Shown here: piece by piece, positions 48,101 through 59,493 of the stretch
Layout of the letters: each line of letters opens with the position of its first letter
How positions within the stretch are numbered: position 1 is the first letter of the stretch
Origin: Hydrolagus affinis
Taxonomy: Eukaryota
Assembly: GCA_012026655.1 (NCBI GenBank)
Contig: JAAILG010001433.1
Coordinates: 1 to 64,000, forward strand
DNA: 64,000 nucleotides
Reading direction: 5' to 3'
Position numbers and translations under genes: made by a program
The notes under the pieces: model-generated
The model's database searches: none
Told to the model about the DNA's origin: nothing
What the model saw: the letters and a program-made list of their open reading frames with translations, nothing else

Positions 48101-51100
48101 TCCTGGAAGAGTTTTAATTCTATTTTCAAGTATTTTACTCAAGCTTTAGAAGCACAGAACACTGAAGCAAAACCCAAGTCTACCGTGACTACGAGAAGCT
48201 CCATCCGAAAGAAAACTGAAGAGTTATGAAGAGTAAATGCCTTTTTACTGCTTTTTTTGCGCTGGCAGTCCCCAGTCTTTTATTAGATTGTTTCTTCTTG
48301 GAGCAAAGGGTCATGGTGTATACATCTAAATAGCGTTTTGCATTATTTCTAGATGAGCGCAACTGTCAAAGCAATATGGGTCTGCCGGTTGTGCTTCCTG
48401 TGGTCCCAAACTCAGATTTTGTGCCACCGATCGGTGCACAGATTAAGAGTGACAGCAGTTCTGCACAGTGCAGCACAGAGCGGCTCTAATTGCCCTGACA
48501 CAGCCCTGTACTGAGCTAATGCCATGGGGCTATCGGCTTCCCCCATGCCCTAATGCCTGCCAATTTTTCTTCATTAAAGAGACAACATCTCTTTTGTTGG
48601 CCTGTGTAGGCTAGATTTTAAAATAACCAGGAATCAAAGCCACTCAACATTTTCCCTTCACGTATCCAAGCCTTGTCATAATGTTCAAGGGACATCAAAC
48701 GCACGTACGTCGCTAAAGATGACAGTCGTATTGGAGATGCCAGCTGTCATTTCTGTGTCTGCTTAAAAAATGCTTTGCACTATTGAAACTGCTTGTTTGT
48801 TTTTTCAAAGAAATCAACAGTACTTCTTAACGCTACAAGATGTTTAAAGATTTATTGAGCAGATATGAATTTTGATTCATTGTAAATTTTAACCTATGAT
48901 TGGCCAATATGATCTGGATGCTGTCTCTTTTTTTTAAAAAAAGCTTATCCTTAAATATCCACATCAGGAGTTGTGTGCCTATTGTATGATTTGGTCAATG
49001 CATAATAATTTGTGTCTTTATTGTTGCCTGTGAATGACTACCTACATGTTTAAACCCAAATTGAAAAGTTGACATATAAACAAAGGAGCTACAGTAGTGC
49101 AGACTGCATTGTTCCTTCAAGCACTCAAAATGAAACAATAAGTTGTATCACCAGTACATATTATCAACCTAATGTTGGTGAAACTTGTACAATAAACTGA
49201 ATTCTTAATTATTTACAGACATGTGGCATCCAAACAGAGTGCCACCATCACTTAAACGCTAAGCTTAACAGTTGCTGAGTACTTCATTTTACAAGTTGGA
49301 CTTTTAAACTCCTTCAGTGCAGAACCTAGAGTAGATTTCTTAAACCCATGTAGACTGAAGGTTTGCATCTTTTTGTTCTGAATAAAATAATTTTATTTCG
49401 TTTTCTATTTGAAATATTTCAGACCAGCCGAACAGAACCAAAAGAGCCTTCTAGAGTCCGAAATCTTGTAAGAATGATTAGCATGCTTTGGAAAAGTCCA
49501 TCTGAAAGGAAACAAGAAGGTGTTGCATGTTCATTTCCAATTACATCCCTAAAAATATGTTCTCGAACTTGCTCCCCCTTAGAGTAAGTACTCACTACCC
49601 TAGTTAATCATTTGTAAATTGCAGTTATCTGTAATACTTTAGAACCTAATCTAATACAAGACAAAGTGTAGATCTTTGAAAATATTCCAATTTGTGCAAT
49701 GCACAGGCACAAGTCAGGGGAGCATTAAAATGTTACATGAGAATTAAAATGCATACCTTTGATTAAATACTTAGCAATAATAAGTTGGGAACTCAAAATT
49801 TATGCAAAGTTGAGTGTGAACTGAAGTAATTATTTCAAGTGATTTGAAGTTTATAATGGTTCTAAGGTGCTGGCTGGAGCGCTCCAGAAGGCTATGTGAC
49901 TTAGGTAAAAGGACCCAGGAGAAACCTTCAGTACCCCCTTCAGCACACGTGCAACTCACTCCCACAGAGGCAGGATAGAAGCTTTGGAGCTGGAGCTTTG
50001 ATTGGAGTTTAAAGTCATTTGACATCTCCAGCACTTTCTGCCAAATGACACTGGTCTCTGCAGAACATACGGCTGATCCTTCTGTTCTCTGGGTGTGCAA
50101 AGAGTTTAAAGTGTGAAAACTGTAAAATGAACCCAGCTAACCCCAAACCTAGGCGTTTCATTGATGGTGTTGAATTTATCCGTTAATCTCCAGAAGAATT
50201 AAAATATGTTCACTTGGAACACTTAAATAACAGATTATTTTAGACAAAAAATTGCAAATATGCCCGGTGAGATGCTTGTAAATTTAAATTACAGTAATTT
50301 TATTCATTAAAGTGGAAGACGCGTGAAAGGAAATGGGCATCAATAAAATAGCCTTCTGTCAGTTATTTTAATGCTTCCTTTTTAAGCATTGGACAGTGTT
50401 ATAATTACATTTAAACAATCTCTACATTGTGGATTCATTTTTATTGAACTCTAAATGTTGTAAATGTATTTGTAATCACAACAGTGACGAGCCAGATTTT
50501 GAAATATAGGATTACAGAAGCTACTTTTTAAAACTATCATAAAGGAAATAAATCTACTCAACATGGTATAGGCTGAGAATGAGTGACAGGACTATGTGAA
50601 TAGAAGATTTCCATGCAATTGTGAACTGTGATGACAGAGGGAAAACTGCAGGAAAATGAATTTTCATACCAAATACCTTGAAGCAGAGCTATGATTTTTA
50701 TTTGTGATAGTTTTGAAATCCATTTTATGAAACTGAAGCATTGAAATGAATAGCTGTGTTTTGCAGTGCCGAGGTGAAGTCTGCCTTTTACCAGGATGTA
50801 TTGATGACCTCTGATTTTAAGGCATTTTTGCTTTCCATTGACACAATGTTAAAATGGCTGAATTGAAATAAAGTTGTTTTTCTTAGTCACTTTGTCGTCC
50901 AACTGTGTTTATTTATGAATCATTTTTGATCAGAAAACTGCATGACATGTTGACATGAAACATTGGCCAATTTGTGATAAATAAAATCGTAGGAAACTCA
51001 AAAGGGGAGAGAACAGCATGTGAGCTGAACAGAATTACTGATTGATCGGATCAGATTTCAAGTGAATAACTGATTTTATCTTTTTACACCTTAGAAAATG

Positions 51101-52433
51101 GCTTTTAGCCAAAAATCTCTTAGAATCGGAATTTAATTAAACAAAGCCCACAATTTTTTAAATTAATTTTAAACTAGATTTTTAATTTTCCAATTTCCAA
51201 ACCTATTAAATCAGATTTTCACAAGAAGATTTTTATACAGTTAACAAACTGAGTGAATTTAGGTGTTGCAAGTCTATTTGAACTGTTCAGGTTATTAAAT
51301 TACTTTCTCAGTTTGAAACAGAGAAAGTTGCTTGTGTTCAAAAGGGAGCATAGATATAGGATACGAATATCCAAAAAGAGTTTGATTCCGCTTTGAACCT
51401 ATTCTTTCTCAATATAATCTCAAATGAGTGAGTGTTAAAGAGCTTGGAAGGTATACTATACTATATTTTTAAAAGGACAACGGTTGGATTCCTTGCTTAG
51501 AGCAGACCCATCGCTTGGCTAACTCCAGACAGAGTGAAATTTAGTCCAGAGCATGAAAAACGGAAAAATGAGATCACCTGAACATTCAGATATCCGGACT
51601 GAAAATGAAAACGGTTTGGCACTTTCAGACAGTGTTATCAGTTGGGATTATTGAAACGAAAGTTCATTTAACTCAATTATTTCTTAACCTCAGTGCTGGG
51701 ATTGCTTTCAAACCCAGTAATCCCTCTTGGTTGTTTGGTGCAACTGGGAACAAAGCCTCTGAGTCCTTTCTTCCTTTTACCCTGGTAAGACATCTGGGAA
51801 AAGAGAAAAAAATACTGTTTGGGTTCAAAGTATAATTTACAGGAAAGGACACATTCCCTTAATTTGTATGGAATGTAAAATTTGCCTCCATTTGAAATTG
51901 AACCGACATTCATTTTTACTTGCAGACGGTTTTGATAGTAGTTTTGTGTTAACAATTGAAAACTCATGTCTTTGAAGAAGTAAAATGTGATCTGCAGTGC
52001 CGTCTCTTTAACGTGGTAATGAAAGCACTTCATCTAATGCAATACTATGAAAAGCTTTTTTGCTTTTTAGAAATTCATTGATCAAGTTTTAATCAAAGAG
52101 TTTCCTGGTTCTGACTTGAAACAGGGCAAAATTCAAAATGTTACTTGCTGGTAATTTGCAGTCAAGTACAATGAAGCTTTATAGGCATTTAGTTTTGATT
52201 TTTGAAATTGTGCATTACTCACTTTTCCTTCATCATTTCTCACCTGTCCAGATGGGTCTGGCAGAGCAAACCAGACTTCTCACGTTTCTGTGTTTAAACA
52301 CCCTACAACATCTGGATTTAGGTTATAGCATCCCAAATATGAGCACATTTATAGACAAAATTGCAAAAGTTAACATCAAGAGCATAATTATTGAATGAAT
52401 CTCAAATATGAATGAATGACTCCACTCCAAATG

Positions 52434-52743
52434 TGGAGTCCTGTAGCTCAGTGATTAGAAGCCTTACAAATGCCTTACAAACGAGAGACATGGGTTCAAT
52501 TCCAGGCAGGGCGAAACCTTGGGCAAGTTTCCTTACTCCACACACCTAATAATAATCCATCAAAACAAAGCAATAGATTGGTCATTTCAATCCACAACTG
52601 TTGGTGGGACTCTGCTGTATGCAATTGGCTGCCGCATTTCACCCACATATATACAGTCAATTTACTTTACACGATATTCTGTAAAGCACTTTGAGACATC
52701 TATAGTGAAAAGCGTTATATCAAATCCAATGATTATTATTATT
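52434..52743 (+). mobile_element. Full-length tRNA-derived SINE; last clear TE in the window
   Basis: Complete head, body, Deu motif and tail; gccttacaaa is duplicated in the head. Confidence 0.93.
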
Positions 52744-53100
52744 AAATACTTGGCAATCTATGCTGGAAGATCGAACATCATTTGGGGCAAACAAACTTAT
52801 ACATGGTTTGAAAATTAATATGTGACATGATGACTGGATTTGCATCTCATCTAATTAAAAAGGAGCAATTTATTTGGAGCAACTATAAGCATTACCCAAT
52901 TATTTCAACTAATATGTAAATGAACTAGAATTATTGTCTTACCTTCCTTTTCATATGCCTTAATATGAAGTAAAGAATTTATTGTGAAAATATTTTATCT
53001 GTCACCTACCTTTACTTGATTCACATACATTTCTATATCAGTATGACATATTTAAGTATGTAAAGCTGTAGTCTATATCAGTATAACCTATAGACCTGTA

Positions 53101-53145
53101 CAATTTGATAGCTGTCATAGCCCTATAGCAATTTGACAGCTGTCA
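53101..53145. promoter_or_regulatory. Tandem TALE-homeodomain (MEIS/PKNOX/TGIF) palindromic dimer motifs
   Basis: TGACAGCTGTCA at 53134-53145 and TGATAGCTGTCA at 53106-53117, inside a 17-bp direct repeat. Confidence 0.4.
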
Positions 53146-54257
53146 CATATTTAAAATATGTATGACATAACACATGGATTTATAATACATGTAGGAATAT
53201 TCTATTTCTAAACAAAACACTTTCTATTAAATTATTATGAACATAGCGGTTCAATCTTGTAACTATTCGAATAATTTTATGTGTTCCTGTCATACCCACA
53301 AAGAAACAAGGTAAAGCCTAGTGATCACTATGGTGGCTAACAACAGTTGCATGGAACATCTCTCACTAAGAATTGACAATATGAACAGGTAAAAATAACT
53401 AAATCACAGATTATAGAAGAGCTCCACAATAAACTATTTCTAAATGATAGCTGAGACCCCTCTGGTTTCCTTCCATGTTCTTCTAATCACATTGTATGTG
53501 ATTAGCAGTTTAAAATAACAAATCCAAAGAGGCATAAAAGACTATGGCACCAAAATAATTATTCCCTAAAACGTGAATACTTCAGAGTCACTAAAGGCAC
53601 AGAATGACTTATTTGTACTGAATAAGAAATTTAATGACATGAAACTGATAGCTAGGATTTTCCAGGTGCAGAGAATAGCCAAACATTTGGTAACACCACA
53701 ATTGATAGCATACAAGCACAAATGATTAATAGAAATAACAGTGAACTGCAGGTAGACTTTTCAGAGGATACATATTAGGGTTCAGTTGTTCATAAACCCC
53801 TCTGATGCGTTATATGATTACATTACAATATGACACTCATTCCTGGCTAGCTATTCCTTCATACCTGTGAATAGGATACAATCCATAAGTCGGTATCACT
53901 GTGGCATTGCTTGCCAGACGTGCTCAAAACGCATGTAAAAGAATTTGCAGATGCTGTGTGATATTCAAGAATGTAAAGTGACAACATTTGATTGCACAAT
54001 CTCTATTATTTTTTTTAAATTAAAGGTGATCAGTGTGTGGTGATGCTTGACTTTTTTTTTGGGGTGGGGGGGGGGGGGAGGGGGGGGAGAAAGTAACGGT
54101 AAAAGTTGCAGACATGGGAGTTGGCAGCCAGCAAAACAACAAACTACATCGAATTGCAAGCCTGGTTCTGTCTGTGAGGCCGACACTGATAACCCACCGT
54201 TAACACACAGTGAGAAAGAATAGCTGAAAACGTCCCCAAATGTGCTTAATATAAATC

Positions 54258-54271
54258 TGATTGATTGACAG
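54258..54271 (+). promoter_or_regulatory. Overlapping PBX-HOX (TGATNNAT) and PBX-MEIS (TGATTGACAG) sites
   Basis: tgattgattgacag: TGATTGAT at 54258-54265 and TGATTGACAG at 54262-54271. Confidence 0.55.
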
Positions 54272-56476
54272 GCAGGGCTGAAGTGAACGACACAAGTTTG
54301 GGGGCGCCTAGTCTTACAGCAATTATATCATGTGCTTCGATGCCATTAACAGTTGTGATTCGAGCATATATGTTTATAGGCGAAAAGCTTCACCTTTTAG
54401 TTTCAACCTTTTTTTTTGGGGGGGGGGGGGAGGGGGGAAGCTCGCATTCTTGGTGTTTGTGAGTTTATTCACTAGATCAGTGACAGCTCTCCATTTGCAT
54501 AATTATATGCTATAGTCTGAAGTGAAAACTAACCTCGAAATTTCATGGGTCAGCAAGCTGCAACAATCAATGTTTTATCACGTATGCTAAGGAAAGTCTA
54601 AGCAGCTATATAAAGTTTCTTGGGATTTGTTTTTCTCTCTTCTTTTTTTTTTGGGGGGGGGGGGGTTGGGTGGGAGAGAGAGAGAGAGAAAAAAAAACAC
54701 ACAGAATAGTTGCGCTTCTTCAAGAGATGTGGAAACCTTTTTTTTCCCCCATTGCATCTCAGTGACCGAAATCTATTAGTGGGCAATAATAGAGATTAAA
54801 ATGTACGTGGGGATTTCGGTCTTTTTACTTTTACTTCAAAGTATTTCGGAGGATAGCGATGCATTATATAACAGTTTAGCAGAAGCAATCAGTTACATGG
54901 ACTATTTCCTACCAATTGATTCAAATGAGTGATTTTACATTGTAAATGAATTTTAGAATGAAATGTGATCGACAGATATTTCCTGCAGTTCTTACTATTA
55001 TATATACATATATATCTATCTATATGTATGTGTGCGTACACAAAAATCCTGTATATAGAGGACAGATAAACTTTCACAGCTTATTCGATCATCTCACAAG
55101 ACTCAAAACGAGTAAGAAGCGACAGAAACATTCATTAAGATGATTTGAATTATGTCTGCGTTTTAAATAAAGATTTTTTTTTCTTTGCACAATCGTGCAC
55201 AGCAAACGATTCACTGAATGCAAGCCTCGGGGATTTGTTGTTTTTAAAAATTGAAAATATATTGTTTCCAAATGTTTGTCTTGTCCATGTTAATGTGGGA
55301 GTTTAAGAGAAATCGAACTCATTATTTTTACACATAACAAGCACGTTTCCTAACAACTGTCGGTGCTTGATCTGATGTCCCACACTGTCTCTGCCTCTTA
55401 TCCAGACGCAGAGACAAAATATCCAGCTGTCGCATTTCCAAAGAAAAACTCGAACGATGCAGAGAGTAGAATTTAAACTAACATTAAAAATAATGATATT
55501 TGTAATATGTGGACAATCCCCCCCCCTCCCCCCCACACACACACACACCTTCTGATCAACACTATACATTAAAAATTCTGTTTCAAAACCTTTCTCACCA
55601 AGCGTTAGATTTCATTTGAAATGGGGGTTGGGAGGTGAGGGGGGTGATATAGCAATGTATCCTCCACTCATTAACACGGAGTAATCGGTGGCTGTTCATA
55701 TTCTAAACATTATATTTCTTTATTTTTGTATGAAAAAAACATTTCTTTTGTCCAGATCGGTTCAGCTCTGTCTCTCTCTCTCTCTCACACACACACACAC
55801 GTACACATCAGTGAATTTCACAGATGTCTCTGAACATCTTATTTGTTTCTGGTTCATGTCAAGTTTGATTTTGATCAGTGATAAAGCTATCCTGAGGGTG
55901 TTTGTGTGTTTGTTTTGGGGGTGGGGGGGTGGGGGGAGGTGGTGGGGGGGAGTGGGTTACATCGCAGAATAAAGCATCAGATGAACCTGCTTAATATTGA
56001 CCAGCAGCCCACTGTCCAGCTTCCTGTGTTGGGAAAACAAATCAACCTGTTCCTCTCTGATACAAAGAGGAGATTTGATGATGGGAAGTTCACAAGTCAC
56101 TGGCATTCCCGCACAACCCCCCCCCCCATCATGTATTTGCAGACCCCCACAGGTAGGCTGCGGGGTTGTCCAGGGAAATGAACCCCGAACGCCACCATCA
56201 CACTGACACACCTGGCTGTGTGAGTTTCAGGGATATTACAACAGTTAAACGGATCTCAAAGGCCTGTTTTCTCCCCCCCAGCCCCCCGCAGACAGGAGCA
56301 ATGTTACTGTCGGGGGTGTTGCTCAGTGTGGGGCGCAGCGGGACCTGCGGGTACTGGGACAGAAGCTCCTCTGTGTGTAGTGATGAAGGGAGGGCTGGTG
56401 GGATTGTAGAGTCAGATAACGCAGCTTCCACCAAAGCACATTGTGTCAGTGAGTCGCCGCTGCCGAGCAGGTGTGG

Positions 56477-56576
56477 NNNNNNNNNNNNNNNNNNNNNNNN
56501 NNNNNNNNNNNNNNNNNNNNNNNNNNNNNNNNNNNNNNNNNNNNNNNNNNNNNNNNNNNNNNNNNNNNNNNNNNNN
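56477..56576. other. Assembly gap (100 N)
   Basis: Run of N in the GC-rich core. Confidence 1.
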
Positions 56577-56660
56577 CCTCCCTTGCTTCCCCTCTCCCCT
56601 CCCTTGCTTCCCCTCTCCCCTCCCTTGCTTCCCCTCTCCCCTCCCTTGCTTCCCCTCTCC
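56577..56660. repeat. 21-bp minisatellite, 4 perfect copies, running into the gap
   Basis: (cctcccttgcttcccctctcc) x4. Confidence 0.97.
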
Positions 56661-57428
56661 CCCTCCCTTCCCTCTGTTGTCTGCGGACCTCAGGTGTTTT
56701 GCTGCCCCGGTTGCTCGAGTGCACTCTCAGCTTGTTAATTATCTTGCATTTCCAGCCCGGCTCTCACCTGAGTGAGAAGCGCTATGTCTGGCTGCCCATT
56801 CTGAGACCTGCCCTCACAGCACCTGGCCTGTCACTGGCCACCCCGCACACTGTGTGTCACAGGCGGGTTTCATCTCACACTTTAGACAAGAGTGAAAGTG
56901 TTCTGAGACGTATTGAATTACACTGTACGACCTGGGTGTGTGGTTTTCACAGGGACTGAAATGAAACGCGATATGCAAACCGTCAATGGAAACGGCGAAC
57001 AAATAAATACGGGGAATAAAGAACCTTATTGGGGTTTTTTTTGGCTTTTTATTCCAACCCAGTTCCTCACTGCAATAGAAGAAAGGTGTTTATATTCGTT
57101 CGGAATAAACTTTAAGGAAGGAAAGTATGAAAGACAAACTGTTTAGTTCACCTTCGAGCTGTAACTGTTCTTCCAATGCTTCCATGGACAACCTATTCCA
57201 TGTCCCTTAAATAGCTTTTAAAATAAAAATGTATTATCCATACGGTGACTTCTTATGAGGTGAGATTTCCAAGCAGAAAACAAAAACAAATAGACAACCT
57301 CTTTTTAATTCACTGGAATAAAGTGACTGGAATTCACTGGTGCTCTGGAATAAAAGGTGAAAATAAAACACCCACGAGTTATCTATCATTCTATGTATCT
57401 GTGTGTGACAGAGGGCATTATTAAATGC

Positions 57429-57513
57429 AACAAAATAAATGTCCCTTATTTGGACATTTATAAAGTCTGCACCAGACTTTATAAATGTCCAAATAAGGGA
57501 CATTTATTTTGTT
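57429..57513. repeat. Perfect inverted repeat with 41-bp arms and a 3-nt spacer
   Basis: aacaaaataaatgtcccttatttggacatttataaagtctg-cac-cagactttataaatgtccaaataagggacatttattttgtt. Confidence 0.97.
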
Positions 57514-57877
57514 ATTTATTTGTTCCAGTAAAGCTATTGTGTCGAGCTTTAACTCTGCTAAAATAAAAGCAAATTAATAAGGAACAGGAAGCAGGCTTTT
57601 TGCTGTTTGTGTTAGTGAATATGACCGCAAGTTTTCTATTCCAGTCATAGGCAAAAAGAACTTTTACTCAGCGGAGTATCCCTCCAAGTTTCGCCGCCGT
57701 CACTGAATTCTGTCACAATTCTGTACGCAGGTTTCATATACAAAAAGCTATGTGGATTGATGGTCAAATTAACCATATCTTTCCTGAATAATAAGATTGT
57801 TATTATTTACTCTGTCAGCCTTCACAACGCACTATATATGCAGCAGATGTAAATGACCAAATGCAATGAATATAACA

Positions 57878-57977
57878 TATGTGTGCGCGTGTATGTGTGT
57901 GCGAGTATGTATTTGTGTATATGTAATTACATATGTACATGTTTATGTGTGTATATATGCGTATGTATGTGTGCGTG
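57878..57977. repeat. Degenerate (TG)/(TA) microsatellite
   Basis: atatgtgtgcgcgtgtatgtgtgtgcgagtatgtat.. Confidence 0.8.
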
Positions 57978-58815
57978 AAACAGAAATCTAGAAAAATAAA
58001 TCTCTATGTTGATATATTCTTTCCTATTGGAGTTTCTCCGGCTAATACATTGCCGCTTTATTATTGATATTAATAATAATGGCAATAATAAATCTGCACA
58101 CTGCATATTATGGCGAATTCAACGTGGGAAAAGAGTACATGAGTGTATAATTCATAATCCCCGTCGATTTTATTTTATTGAGTTGTTAGATTTCGTATTT
58201 TACACGGAACATAACTTGGAAAAGATTTTATTTTCGTACCACTGACTGAAATGGATGGTTAAACAAAAAATCACTTCAGTTGTAAAGGCTGTTTCCTGCA
58301 GGTTAATTTGTAAAGTAATGATCTGATTGTATCTTCGATGAAGCGCGCAGATACGCAGGCACATCTAGGAATAGTAGAAATTACACTATACTGTACTGAA
58401 AACGAGCAGCAAACTTGTCAATTCGGAATAAGATCCTTCAATGTGAATAAACAAAACTGTTTCTGGCAATAACTGCAAAATAACACATGGGATGAAATTG
58501 TATCCCATGAAACAAAAACAAGTGTTTTGTGTTTATCTGGAAAATCAAACGTTGGAGTTCAAAGAAATGAAGACATTTCCTTAATTAACCTGTTGTCAAT
58601 TCTTTGAAAACTACCTTCCCTGTGACTAATTGGAAATCGAAAACTTTGAAAACCATAGCGCCGTATCGTTTATATGTTTGTGACACTGGACTATGCGTTC
58701 TGGCTTTGAATTTGTTACAAAAAAGGCTAGTAAATGGAAGGTGGCGGGTGTGCTGAATCAAAGTCAGCATCTACAGCGTTAGTGCAGGGAGCAGTGTAGG
58801 ATGGATAGCTGTGTC

Positions 58816-58836
58816 TCTAGCACCATGGACAGCGCT
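58816..58836 (+). promoter_or_regulatory. REST/NRSF binding site (RE1/NRSE)
   Basis: tctAGCACCatGGACAGcgct versus consensus TTCAGCACCnnGGACAGCGCC; both core halves and the 2-nt spacer are intact. Confidence 0.7.
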
Positions 58837-59449
58837 ATCCAGCCCTCACTAACCCGCATCCTTTATTGTGCTTTCTGCACAAAAATAGAGAGAACCAGAT
58901 GGAGCAAAAGGGACATTCGCATCAGTTAATTATCAAGGGGGAATGAACAAATTACAAATTGAATTTCTAGAACTTTTCCTTATTAAGATTCCCCGTCTAA
59001 AGTTTATAAATCTATATATATATATATATATAGTGTGTGTACTTATATCTATTTGTGTTTTGATATATTTTTGTCTTAATAGTCTGTGCTGGTGGTTCTA
59101 TTTAACCTTGTGTTTCTTTTTGTAATCATCTTTTGTGTTTCTCCTTTTTTTTTATTTTTCAGTCTAATTTGATCCATTTCCTATATGGTCTCGCCCACTT
59201 CTCTTTCCCGTGATCTTTAATTTCGTTTTGACTTCACTCTGTTTGCATTTTAAGTTTCCGAGCCGCTAACCTGGTCATTTGCCGAATGTAGAGTATTTAC
59301 CTTCTCCTTCTCTTCCCATTCGGTGCCCATTCTACACTATGTTTATTTCGAAACTTATCCAAAGACACATTGTATTTACAGTCCCCCTAGTTTAAAAAAA
59401 ACCCAAATCCAATTAACAACTAAAAAGCTATGTCAAGAGACGTTTAATT

Positions 59450-59493
59450 TGTGTGTTGGTGTGTGTGTTGGTGTGTGTGTGTGTGTGTGTGTG
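59450..59493. repeat. (GT)n microsatellite
   Basis: gtgtgttggtgtgtgtgttggtgtgtgtgtgtgtgtgtgtgtg. Confidence 0.9.

Noticed and set aside
56577-56660. CRISPR-like repeat array
   Set aside because: Head-to-tail repeats with no spacers in vertebrate DNA: a minisatellite.
56166-56959. Long ORFs with PPLLPLS repeats
   Set aside because: They stay open only because they cross the N gap and a stop-free 21-bp minisatellite.
57042-57055. 14-nt identity to miR-135a (tggctttttattcc)
   Set aside because: The seed start and 3' end differ, the sequence is low complexity, and it would sit on the wrong arm of the local weak hairpin.
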